From a virus: a stretch of 64,000 bases of DNA. The notes beneath the pieces were generated by a model that saw nothing but the letters and a program-made list of their open reading frames with translations, did no database searches and was not told the origin of the DNA. Below, piece after piece: positions 1-7,987 of the stretch. A program made the position numbers and the translations under genes. The DNA lies in IMG/VR virus record IMGVR_UViG_3300045988_108212, positions 32,001-96,000 of that record; one strand, 5' to 3'. Numbering within the stretch: the first letter of the stretch is position 1; every line of letters begins with the position of its first letter.

Positions 1-2005
1 TGGTTCATCAACAACGAGTCTTAATTCAATGGTCAAAAAATGGACAGATGGGGCAGTAAGCGATACAACGCAGATCAATGGTGGATGGATTAAAGCAAAT
101 ACTATTACTGCTAGTAAGATAGCATTAGCTGACTTTACAAACTATTCTCAGCTAACCAGAGATACAGCAGCTACATATGGATTTGCAGTGACTGATGATA
201 CAGATGGTACATGGTTTAGTACGCAAGGCATTAGGCGAGATCAGTTTATTTCTGAAATATTCCCTTGCAATGGCGGTGAAAGTTATCTTATCGAATATGA
301 TATTTCCACCAATGCAAAGGGAGCAAACAATTCAACCGACACTAAAAATTATATTGGTGTAGCCATTGGTGTTTATGGATATACAGGAACTGTTGGCTCT
401 AATGGACTTCCAAACAAAGCAACAAATATTTGGTATGCGACTAGAGTAACTGGATCTGAAGCTGCTGCAGTAACACACGTAAAAACTACAATTACTACTT
501 CTACAGCTACAAAACAATTCCGAATATTTTTACAATCAAACGGATACTATTTTGAAGGCACAACAAAGATTAGAAACCTATCTGTTCGTAGAATGTATGG
601 CGGAACACTTATTGTAGATGGCTCTATCACAGCAGACAAAATTGCAACAGATGCCATTAAATCTCGTAACTACATCTCTTCTGGTGGTACACAAGGGTCA
701 TTTTTGAATCTGAGCGATGGTAGTTTTCAGAGTCCTAATTTAAGTTGGGATGCAAATGGTAATTTGATTGCCAAGAATGCGAACCTGAGTGGTGAGATTA
801 CAGCTACGAATGGTAGTATTGCGGGATGGACTATAATTAGCAATAAGATGTATACGACAGGATCTGGTAAATATACAGGTATTGGTAAGTACGGAAGTGC
901 TTATGCTTTCTGGGCGGGTGCAACAAGCAATGATAACGGAAATAGTGCCGTATTTAAGGTTGGTCACACTGGTAAATTAACTGCCACAGATGCAGATATT
1001 ACGGGAACAATTACTGCTACGAATGGTAAGATTGGTCGCTATGATATTACGTCAACATATCTGATGACAAACAGCGGAAGTAATGCATCTGGTATTGGTG
1101 GAAATCAGGCTTTCTGGGCTGGTGCTGAAGATAGCAATTCTGCTCCTTTTAGAGTTGGGTATGATGGAGTTTTGTGGGCAGAAAATGCCGCCATAAGAGG
1201 AAGTATCGAAACTGGAAATTTAGGAGATGAAGGAGATACTGTCTCTATAATAAACGGACATATAGGAATACAAGGTACGTCAAATAATGTTGAAATTTAT
1301 TCAACTGGATTTAAATTTGGTATTGATGGGGACTATTATTTAATGTCAGTTTCAGAAGGAGTCAAATGCTATCGAAATTTGTATGCAACAGATTTTGTAG
1401 CGGACGGTTGGCTTTATTGCTCAGAAGTGCATAGTTCTGGTGCAGTTGTCATTGGTGCTGATAGCGAATCTTTTTATTGGGCGCATGGGTACCAAATTGC
1501 ACGTGGAACATCGTGGGGAGGTGTATGTGTCGGTGATGATAGTCAACAATTGCGACTTTATGGTTCGTCTATCTGGGCATCACACAGCATTTCTACTTCA
1601 GACGAAAATCTTAAAGAAAACTTTACTACTCTTGATCAATATGAAAATTTCTATATGAATCTAAATCCTATAGGGTTCAATTACATTGGAGATTATGATG
1701 GTAAGAAAACTCATTTTGGATTTGGTGCTCATAAAACAGAAGACGTCTTAGAATCCGAGGGTTATGATGCTGATAAATTTGCTGTAGTAACACATAGACC
1801 TCTTGTACAGGAAGATATTGAAAAGCGTTTTGGCAAAGATGTTGAGGTCGATATTGAAACGGAATATGGTGTTTCTTATACAGAATTTATTGCATTAAAT
1901 ACCCATATGATTCAAAAGACACGAAGAGAACTTACCAAAGTCAAACAAGAAAAAGCCGACCTAGAAGTTCGATTACAAGCAATCGAAGCAAAGCTTGGAC
2001 TTTAA
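1..2005 (+). CDS. Tail fibre / receptor-binding protein (probably 5'-partial) with C-terminal intramolecular-chaperone (peptidase S74-like) domain
   Basis: Frame is open from nt 2 up to the first Met at 29, so the gene likely starts left of the window. Repeated G.ITA.NG.I..W.I shaft motifs. C-terminus HSISTSDENLKENF..NPIGFNY..HFGFGAHKTE followed by a coiled coil, the pattern of auto-cleaving fibre chaperone domains. Confidence 0.7.
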   Translation, partial: GSSTTSLNSMVKKWTDGAVSDTTQINGGWIKANTITASKIALADFTNYSQLTRDTAATYGFAVTDDTDGTWFSTQGIRRDQFISEIFPCNGGESYLIEYDISTNAKGANNSTDTKNYIGVAIGVYGYTGTVGSNGLPNKATNIWYATRVTGSEAAAVTHVKTTITTSTATKQFRIFLQSNGYYFEGTTKIRNLSVRRMYGGTLIVDGSITADKIATDAIKSRNYISSGGTQGSFLNLSDGSFQSPNLSWDANGNLIAKNANLSGEITATNGSIAGWTIISNKMYTTGSGKYTGIGKYGSAYAFWAGATSNDNGNSAVFKVGHTGKLTATDADITGTITATNGKIGRYDITSTYLMTNSGSNASGIGGNQAFWAGAEDSNSAPFRVGYDGVLWAENAAIRGSIETGNLGDEGDTVSIINGHIGIQGTSNNVEIYSTGFKFGIDGDYYLMSVSEGVKCYRNLYATDFVADGWLYCSEVHSSGAVVIGADSESFYWAHGYQIARGTSWGGVCVGDDSQQLRLYGSSIWASHSISTSDENLKENFTTLDQYENFYMNLNPIGFNYIGDYDGKKTHFGFGAHKTEDVLESEGYDADKFAVVTHRPLVQEDIEKRFGKDVEVDIETEYGVSYTEFIALNTHMIQKTRRELTKVKQEKADLEVRLQAIEAKLGL

Positions 2006-2050
2006 GAACGGATAAAAACAACTAAATAAAACATAAATTTGATCGTACAT

Positions 2051-2077
2051 AGAGCAGTTTTCGGACTGCTCTTTTTG
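2051..2077 (+). terminator. Rho-independent terminator after tail fibre gene
   Basis: AGAGCAGT (2051-2058) / ACTGCTCT (2065-2072) 8-bp stem followed by TTTTT. Confidence 0.7.
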
Positions 2078-2111
2078 TATGCTCAAAAACAGAAAGAAAG
2101 GTGAAATACAT

Positions 2112-2942
2112 ATGGTATACACAGTTAAATTAGATAGCTCTGACGACAAAGTATTTAATCTTATGCAGTTTAATTCTATGACTTTTGACATGGAATGTAA
2201 ACTTGTCGTTTGCACAGATGATCTAAAAACGGTTAAATCAGCATTTACAAACTTTAAAACATTAGACATTTACAGAGATGATGTGCAGATTGCAACTTAC
2301 ACATGCTTTAACAATTATAAAGAAATCTCTTTACAACAGGGATTATATAACAACACAAATGGAGAATGGGAAGATGCACTGATTGTATCTCTTACAAGAG
2401 CGAATATTGTAGAACAAGTGCAACGACTTGATGAAAAAGTTAATCAAATCGTAGATATTAATACATTAACTCTTGATGAATACAAGAACTATTTACAGGA
2501 GAAAAACAAAGCTGCTCTTGCTGAGTTCTTAGCAGATCAGAGCGTAGAATTCAATGGTAAGCCTTATGGAGTATCTGAAGAAGATCAGAATGAAATGGCT
2601 CTGAACTTTATGCAATATCAAGCTCTTACTACTGCTGGTCAGCAAGTAACTCTTGAATGGCATAGTAAGAAGAGTGCGTGTGAAACATTCACTGCTGAGG
2701 AATTTGTGCAATTAACAGCAATGATCAAAGCATTTATCTATCCTTATTTCCAACAGATGAATGTAACAAAAGCGCAAATTTTCAGTTCTACTAGCAAAGA
2801 AGAATTGGACAAGATTGAAATTAAATATGAAGTAATTCCTGTGCAGTCAACAGAACCTACTACTCCTTCAGAGGGAAAAGATTTAGTTACGACTGATAAG
2901 ACGGATGAGACAGGAAAAGATTCAGTTACGACTGAAGAATAA
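2112..2942 (+). CDS. Hypothetical tail-associated protein
   Basis: ORF 2079-2942. The internal ATG at 2112 is preceded by AAAGGTGA. It sits directly after the fibre gene. No motif I can name with confidence. Confidence 0.55.
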   Translation: MVYTVKLDSSDDKVFNLMQFNSMTFDMECKLVVCTDDLKTVKSAFTNFKTLDIYRDDVQIATYTCFNNYKEISLQQGLYNNTNGEWEDALIVSLTRANIVEQVQRLDEKVNQIVDINTLTLDEYKNYLQEKNKAALAEFLADQSVEFNGKPYGVSEEDQNEMALNFMQYQALTTAGQQVTLEWHSKKSACETFTAEEFVQLTAMIKAFIYPYFQQMNVTKAQIFSSTSKEELDKIEIKYEVIPVQSTEPTTPSEGKDLVTTDKTDETGKDSVTTEE

Positions 2943-2973
2943 TTAGTTTAACAGAGAAAAGGAGAAAATTAAT

Positions 2974-3396
2974 ATGGAAATGACAAATATGCAGGCAGAT
3001 ATGATCTTAGGACAGTTAAATACAATTTATGCATTCCTTATGAAAAACAGTGAATTAGTACCATGTACTTTAAGTGCTGGGCTTGCCAAGAATATTAGAA
3101 AGATTCAAGAAGAGCTGAAGGAATATTTTGAAGAAAAACGCAAACTCTTACAGAAATATGATATCACTACTGATGCCCAGATCAATAGCACAGAGAACGG
3201 ACAGAAATTCTTAGCAGAGTTTAATCCTTTAAGCATGGAAAACTCAGGGGTTGAGTTCCATAAGATGAGAATGACTTTTAGCGAAGTTTGTGATATTATT
3301 GAGAATTGTCAAGGAATTCTTGAGGGAGACATCATGATTTTACAGCTTATTTGTAAAGATGAAAGTGAGAACGAAGATCAAAAAGAAGGTGAATAA
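2974..3396 (+). CDS. Hypothetical protein
   Basis: SD AAAGGAGAAAA upstream of the ATG. Its stop TAA abuts the next ATG. Confidence 0.55.
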   Translation: MEMTNMQADMILGQLNTIYAFLMKNSELVPCTLSAGLAKNIRKIQEELKEYFEEKRKLLQKYDITTDAQINSTENGQKFLAEFNPLSMENSGVEFHKMRMTFSEVCDIIENCQGILEGDIMILQLICKDESENEDQKEGE

Positions 3397-3825
3397 ATGT
3401 TGCATGTAAAGAAATCATGTAAATATCTTATCTTATTCCTTATTGGAGCATTTGCTTATTGTGGAATTGAAATCATCTGGCGAGGATACACACATTGGAC
3501 AATGGGAATGTTAGGCGGTACTTGCTTCATTCTTATTGGGCTGATAAATAACAGTCGCTTCTTCTACCATCTTATGCCATTTCGTGAGCAGATGGTTCTC
3601 GGAGGATTGATTGTTACTGTAATGGAATTCATAGCAGGTTGTATTTTAAATTTATGGTTAGGTTTAGGCATTTGGGATTACTCTCAGATGCCTTTTAATC
3701 TGTGTGGGCAGATTTGCTTACCTTATACAATTTTATGGATTTTACTGAGTGCAGTATGCATTGTTGTAGATGATTCGCTGAGATATTTATTATTTGGAGA
3801 AGAAAAACCAGAATATGTTTGGTAA
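3397..3825 (+). CDS. Polytopic membrane protein (about 4 TM helices; resembles the DUF1113 / putative ABC-transporter type IV family)
   Basis: Hydrophobic segments LILFLIGAFAYCGIEIIW, GGTCFILIGLI, LGGLIVTVMEFIAGCIL, ILWILLSAVCIVV. Located in the lysis-cassette position. Confidence 0.5.
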   Translation: MLHVKKSCKYLILFLIGAFAYCGIEIIWRGYTHWTMGMLGGTCFILIGLINNSRFFYHLMPFREQMVLGGLIVTVMEFIAGCILNLWLGLGIWDYSQMPFNLCGQICLPYTILWILLSAVCIVVDDSLRYLLFGEEKPEYVW

Positions 3826-3868
3826 AGACTTAAAGGAGTGATTTTTATAAAATAATCGAGGTAATTAC

Positions 3869-4480
3869 ATGATAGAAAATTGGAATATTATAATTAATTT
3901 TTTATCTCAACATGGGGCTGCATTGACAGTGTTTGTCTTTGCGGTTCTTTTGTTTGCAGATAAAATTTTTGATGTCACTTCCAAATTAAACGAAAAGTTT
4001 GGTTTTGAGACACGTGCTTCGTTAGAAAAGAAACATCAAAAAGAAGTGATTGAACAACAACGCTTAATGATCGATAAGCATACAGAAACTTTGGATAAAC
4101 TAACACAGATTTTGAGCAATCAGAATAAAGATATTCAAGTTATCAAAGACATGATGAGAGAGCAAGCCGCATTATTAACAGACCAAAAGGTAGGCATGGA
4201 ACGACTATTTGCACATACAGCTGAACTGGCTAAAAAATTAGATGATGCGTGCGCAATGGACGTTGCTTTATCTGAAGGTGTTGCTGCAATGCTAAGAGAT
4301 AGAATCAAACAAGCCCACAGATATTACAAGCAAAAAGGTTGTATTTCCCCTACGGGGCTTGAAAACATCAATGCTATTTATAAGGTATACCATGACCAAT
4401 TACATCAAAATGGCGTTGGAGAAAAAATGTATAACGAAATTAAAGCATTGCCTATTAAGGATGAAGAGTCATTCTTGTAG
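3869..4480 (+). CDS. Membrane-anchored coiled-coil protein
   Basis: SD GAGGT upstream. N-terminal TM segment AALTVFVFAVLLFA followed by heptad-rich sequence. Confidence 0.5.
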   Translation: MIENWNIIINFLSQHGAALTVFVFAVLLFADKIFDVTSKLNEKFGFETRASLEKKHQKEVIEQQRLMIDKHTETLDKLTQILSNQNKDIQVIKDMMREQAALLTDQKVGMERLFAHTAELAKKLDDACAMDVALSEGVAAMLRDRIKQAHRYYKQKGCISPTGLENINAIYKVYHDQLHQNGVGEKMYNEIKALPIKDEESFL

Positions 4481-4510
4481 GTCTTTTTTATTGCAAAGGA
4501 GGATTGCATT

Positions 4511-4924
4511 ATGAACAAATTTAAAGAATTTTTGGCAAGTATTAATTGGAGTGAAGTTAAACCACATACTGTTGTAAGTCTGATTTTACAGGTGTTGGCG
4601 TGGATCAATATGGGATTAACTGCGGCAGGCAAACCAGTGATTGACGTACATGAAGATGTAATTAACCAAGTAGTTGGTATTGCTTTTGTAGTTGGAACAT
4701 CTCTGTATGGAGATTGGAAAAATCATAGTTTTACATGGACAGCTCAGTTTGCAGATGAAATTGCTTACGCTCTGAGAGACGGTAGATTAACTCTTGAAGA
4801 GGCTGAGGAAATCAAGAATAAGATTGGTCAAAAAGATGTGATCGTAAAAGTTGATAAGGATTTATTTGAAAAAGAATTAGATGATGTTACTGAAGGCAAA
4901 GAATCTGATGACATTGTTGGATAA
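4511..4924 (+). CDS. Putative holin (phi LC3 / XhlB-like family)
   Basis: SD AAGGAGG upstream. Two hydrophobic segments and the motif GDWKNHSFTWTAQ, which resembles the W-KNN-sFT hallmark of that holin family. Lies just upstream of the endolysin. Confidence 0.55.
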   Translation: MNKFKEFLASINWSEVKPHTVVSLILQVLAWINMGLTAAGKPVIDVHEDVINQVVGIAFVVGTSLYGDWKNHSFTWTAQFADEIAYALRDGRLTLEEAEEIKNKIGQKDVIVKVDKDLFEKELDDVTEGKESDDIVG

Positions 4925-4964
4925 TTTGCTAAGTGAGTAATTAGTTATTGAATAATTAGTTATT

Positions 4965-4996
4965 GAGCAGTTGCTGTTATGGTGACTGCTCTTTTT
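4965..4996 (+). terminator. Rho-independent terminator between holin and endolysin
   Basis: GAGCAGT (4965-4971) / ACTGCTC (4985-4991) followed by TTTTT. Same stem sequence as the terminator at 2051. Confidence 0.6.
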
Positions 4997-5022
4997 AGAT
5001 AAAAGAAAGGAGCCTGATATTT

Positions 5023-5754
5023 ATGGCATTAAAATTTAAAACAAGAACGGCAAAGAGCGTGAGCTACGGAAGTAAACGTAGCACGAGTTCTATTAAGTTT
5101 ATTGTAATCCATTTCACAGGGAATGACGGAGATTCCGCTAAGAACAATGCAGATTATTTTGCCACTGGTAATACGAGAGCTGCTGGGGCACACTATTTCA
5201 TTGATGAGGGAGATATTGTATGGAAATCTGTTCCTGTTAATCGAGTAGCATGGGCAGTTGGAGGATTTGTTACAAATGCTAATGGAGGTGCAAAATTTTA
5301 TAAGATTTGTACTAATGCAAACAGTCTAAGCATTGAAATGGCTAATTCTGTAGGAAGTGTTCCTAAGGCTACATATAAAAATGCTGTTAGTCTAACTAAA
5401 AAACTTATGAAAAAATACAATATTCCTGCCAGTCATGTTCTAAGGCACAATGATGTATCGGGAAAACAGTGCCCAGAACCTTGGTGTGGAAAAAATAATA
5501 AACAGTGGGCTAAATTCAAAGCAGACATTTCTGGTTCTACAGTAGTAAAACCAAAAGCATCTTCTAAGTTTAAATCATACAAAGTAAAAGTAACTGCTTC
5601 TGCTCTTAAGGTGCGTAAATCTCCATCTACGACGGCTGCTATTGCCAAAGATGCCTATAAGAAAGGCACAACAGTTACAATCAAAGCTGTTAAGAATGGT
5701 TGGGGTAAAACTAAAGATGGTTGGATTAAACTGTCTTATACAAAGAAATGTTAA
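5023..5754 (+). CDS. Endolysin: N-acetylmuramoyl-L-alanine amidase (Amidase_2/PGRP type) with C-terminal SH3b-like wall-binding domain
   Basis: IVIHFTGNDGDSAKNNADYF..AGAHYFIDEGDIV..NRVAWAVGG..SIEM..VLRHNDVSGKQCP amidase motifs. C-terminal YKVKVTASALKVRKSPS..GWGKTKDGWIKLSY. Confidence 0.85.
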   Translation: MALKFKTRTAKSVSYGSKRSTSSIKFIVIHFTGNDGDSAKNNADYFATGNTRAAGAHYFIDEGDIVWKSVPVNRVAWAVGGFVTNANGGAKFYKICTNANSLSIEMANSVGSVPKATYKNAVSLTKKLMKKYNIPASHVLRHNDVSGKQCPEPWCGKNNKQWAKFKADISGSTVVKPKASSKFKSYKVKVTASALKVRKSPSTTAAIAKDAYKKGTTVTIKAVKNGWGKTKDGWIKLSYTKKC

Positions 5755-5876
5755 GGGATATGAAAAGATATAAGAAACAGTTATGATTGATTTGACGATC
5801 AGTCGGTATTTTCTTTATTAGTTTTCTTTGTCAGTGATAAAGAATTGTTACTCTCTGCTGCGGAGAGGGTAAATAT

Positions 5877-5912
5877 GAGCAGAATAAACTAGGCTCTGCC
5901 TCTATTTTTTTT
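5877..5912 (+). terminator. Probable terminator after endolysin
   Basis: GAGCAGA / TCTGC(C)TC stem with one bulge, followed by TATTTTTTTT. Confidence 0.45.
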
Positions 5913-5923
5913 ATCAAAAAGTG

Positions 5924-5951
5924 TTGTATTTGTTTTGAATTTGTGTATAAT
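5924..5951 (+). promoter_or_regulatory. Sigma-70-like promoter for the repeat RNA / toxin-like cassette
   Basis: -35 TTGTAT (5924-5929), 16-nt spacer, -10 TATAAT (5946-5951). Confidence 0.6.
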
Positions 5952-6029
5952 GAAAGTAGGAATAGTAATATTCTCGATGAAAGAGCATCGTTAAAAGTTG
6001 TGCTGCAAGTGGAGCAGGGTAATTTTCCA

Positions 6030-6060
6030 CAACGAAAAGATATTTTAACTGGATATCACG
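6030..6060 (+). repeat. Direct repeat copy 1: CAACGAAAAGATATTTTAACTGGATATCACG
   Basis: Exact 31-nt match to 6114-6144. Contains an internal GATAT/ATATC hairpin. Confidence 0.95.
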
Positions 6061-6113
6061 TCTTGCGACTAGGAGTAAAGTCGTAGTCCATGCAGGGGAC
6101 TTAAGGATTTCTG

Positions 6114-6144
6114 CAACGAAAAGATATTTTAACTGGATATCACG
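6114..6144 (+). repeat. Direct repeat copy 2: CAACGAAAAGATATTTTAACTGGATATCACG
   Basis: Exact 31-nt match to 6030-6060, with an 84-nt period. The flanks are only loosely similar. Confidence 0.95.
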
Positions 6145-6182
6145 GCTGACAACCAGCAGAAAACTCTAATAAAGAATTATCG

Positions 6183-6212
6183 AAGAGTGTGGCTTCTGTC
6201 CCACTCTTTTTT
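6183..6212 (+). terminator. Rho-independent terminator immediately upstream of the toxin-like ORF
   Basis: AAGAGTG(T)GG / CCCACTCTT, 9 bp with one bulge, 7-nt loop, T-run to 6212. It lies 15 nt before the ATG at 6228. Confidence 0.75.
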
Positions 6213-6227
6213 ACGTATGAGGTAAAT

Positions 6228-6854
6228 ATGGCATCAAAAACACAAAAGAAAAATAAAATACGACAAGATATTATAGAGGCAGCGTCCATGTATGAACAAT
6301 ACCTAGCTGGCCAAGCATTTTTATATGTATATGGAAATGAATATTTTGAAGTGATGTTCCCAGTCAATAGATTTTTGCATCTTGCTGGCGTAGAAACTAG
6401 ATTGTTTGCAAAAAAATTTTATAAAAATGCCAGAGAAAAAACATTAACTACACAACAGTTTTATTTCTCTCCAAGACATCCTTTTGAAGTCTCTAAAAAG
6501 AAACTATCATGTCTCAAAAGATTATATGAATTAACAAACACGAAGGTTCGTATTCTTAGGAATATGGAAACAGCCAGTGTTGTTTATAAAGTTGGCATAT
6601 CGAACTTAGAGTTTACTTTGTGCTTAACAGAGAACAGAGATTCTAATGGAGAAAAAATTAATGAATACTTCTTGCCAATGTCGTTACGAGCAGGAAGAAA
6701 TTCAACGAAAAATGGTGATGATTATGGAGAAGTTGACTTCATTTTTCAAAAAGACGCAAGTCTTGGAAAGTATACAACTCTTCTGGTAAAGAATGAAAAC
6801 AAAGAGATTCCAGAATGTGTTCATCATTTGTTGCAAGGGAATTTATTACAATAA
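6228..6854 (+). CDS. Putative toxin-like protein (208 aa; possible BECR/PBECR-type RNase fold, unverified)
   Basis: SD GAGGT is 4 nt before the ATG at 6228. The track start at 6189 would span the terminator. Motif EVMFPVNRFLHLAGVE. Basic protein in a moron position. Confidence 0.6.
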   Translation: MASKTQKKNKIRQDIIEAASMYEQYLAGQAFLYVYGNEYFEVMFPVNRFLHLAGVETRLFAKKFYKNAREKTLTTQQFYFSPRHPFEVSKKKLSCLKRLYELTNTKVRILRNMETASVVYKVGISNLEFTLCLTENRDSNGEKINEYFLPMSLRAGRNSTKNGDDYGEVDFIFQKDASLGKYTTLLVKNENKEIPECVHHLLQGNLLQ

Positions 6855-6867
6855 GAATAAAAAATTA

Positions 6868-6906
6868 AGGGTACATCAGATTAATTTCTGGTGTACCCTA
6901 TTTTTT
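6868..6906. terminator. Bidirectional terminator shared by convergent cassettes
   Basis: AGGGTACA (6868-6875) / TGTACCCT (6892-6899), with an A-run before and a T-run after. Confidence 0.7.
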
Positions 6907-7147
6907 ACGATTTTTCTACTCTACACATATCATCTATTTCATGCTCAGACAAGTATAAAGGCATCCCACATTTATCATCGAAGAATGAAATGGTGTATTC
7001 TGTAGAATCAATTCTAGCTCCATATAAGACTGTTTTCACAGGCGTCTGAGAGTCAATTTCTGTGAGCTGTACTGTGTCACCTATATGGAATAATCCGCAC
7101 TCTGTATTGAGTGTCTGAGTGCTTTCGTTGTATTCGTATATTCTCAT
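6905..7147 (-). CDS. Hypothetical protein (80 aa)
   Basis: Second gene of a two-gene leftward cassette. SD AAGGAGGTG upstream of the ATG. Confidence 0.55.
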   Translation of the reverse strand: MRIYEYNESTQTLNTECGLFHIGDTVQLTEIDSQTPVKTVLYGARIDSTEYTISFFDDKCGMPLYLSEHEIDDMCRVEKS

Positions 7148-7158
7148 TATGCACCTCC

Positions 7159-7491
7159 TTACCTATTTAAGTAACTCTGTGATCGTAATAAGTCTGCATA
7201 TTCTCCGCAGAGATACCATGTTCCAGATGATGGAATGTATTTTAGTATCTTTGTCTTTGTAGAGATGTTAAATCGTTCTAACACTTCTATTCTGCTTTTG
7301 TAATATTCTACTTCACGTTCTTGCCTTGCTGAGTTGGTTTCTTTTCTAGTACCCTGTAGTAGTAATTCTCTGACGTGGAATTTTTGAAGCTTACCATAAG
7401 AATCTAACATAGACATCCAAATGTCTGGTGGTGTGTCTCCTGAAATGTTGATCTGTTTGGTAGCTTTTGGAATGTTTGTTGTATTGTACAT
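7159..7491 (-). CDS. Hypothetical protein (110 aa)
   Basis: SD AAGAGGTGA upstream of the ATG. Directly downstream of a strong promoter. Confidence 0.55.
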   Translation of the reverse strand: MYNTTNIPKATKQINISGDTPPDIWMSMLDSYGKLQKFHVRELLLQGTRKETNSARQEREVEYYKSRIEVLERFNISTKTKILKYIPSSGTWYLCGEYADLLRSQSYLNR

Positions 7492-7510
7492 TTTATTTCA
7501 CCTCTTGGAT

Positions 7511-7540
7511 ATTATAACACGAACGTGTGTTTGGTGTAAA
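7511..7540 (-). promoter_or_regulatory. Strong sigma-70-like promoter (extended -10) for 7491-6905 cassette
   Basis: On the minus strand: TTTACA, 18 nt, TGtTATAAT. -35 lies at 7535-7540 and -10 at 7511-7516. Confidence 0.65.
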
Positions 7541-7654
7541 GAGAGTTTTGATTTATGAGTATGCGAAAATATTCCTTGGATGTTGTGTTGCAAGAATACT
7601 TTAGTATAACCATAATTTTGTACTATAATTCAGATCCTTTTCCAAGTTATAAAG

Positions 7655-7980
7655 TTGACTCCAAAGTTGATCCCTTTGAAAATTTTTGACTCCTTTTTGA
7701 CTCCTTTTACGCATTAAAATACATCAAAATACATTAAAATATATGAAATCAAATGTTAAACAAAACTGCTCGGAGGGAAGCTGTACTTCCCGTATTTCCT
7801 AGCAATTTCAAGCTTTTTACTGTATTTTTGACTCCTCTAAGGTTATCTTCTAGTTATAGGATATCCCTATAACCACGGAGATTATATATCATTTTTCAAT
7901 GTCTTAAATTGCTTGATTTTACTAGGTTTCCGATACATCTTTTGACTCCTTTGAAATGCACTTGACTCCTTTTTGACTCC
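7655..7980 (+). repeat. Field of seven same-orientation TTGACTCC repeats (putative integrase arm-type sites / attP)
   Basis: Exact TTGACTCC copies start at 7655, 7686, 7697, 7828, 7942, 7962 and 7973. A variant TTGATCCC starts at 7667. Most sit within TTTTGACTCCTTT. The field is adjacent to the 3' end of int. Confidence 0.6.
7853..7873. other. Perfect inverted repeat GTTATAGG-ATATC-CCTATAAC (candidate attP core)
   Basis: 8-bp arms with a 5-bp spacer, located centrally within the TTGACTCC field. Confidence 0.4.
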
Positions 7981-7987
7981 TTTTTTA

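Larger units (their letters stand above)
5958..6212 (+). ncRNA. Candidate untranslated repeat-bearing RNA (antitoxin-like or leader), bounded by promoter and terminator
   Basis: No SD-preceded ORF between the promoter and the terminator at 6183-6212. Contains two identical 31-nt repeats and several short hairpins. Confidence 0.45.

Noticed and set aside
6030-6144. Mini-CRISPR array: two 31-nt repeats with one spacer.
   Set aside because: - The spacer would be 53 nt, or about 46 nt if the degenerate repeat extension is counted. That is long for CRISPR.
- There are only two repeats.
- No cas genes and no leader-like context are present.
- The promoter, terminator and ORF arrangement fits an RNA-antitoxin or leader model better.
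- It is not fully excluded.
6189-6227. The track's start for the toxin-like ORF at 6189.
   Set aside because: This extension would be translated through the intrinsic terminator hairpin and has no SD. The ATG at 6228 has GAGGT 4 nt upstream.
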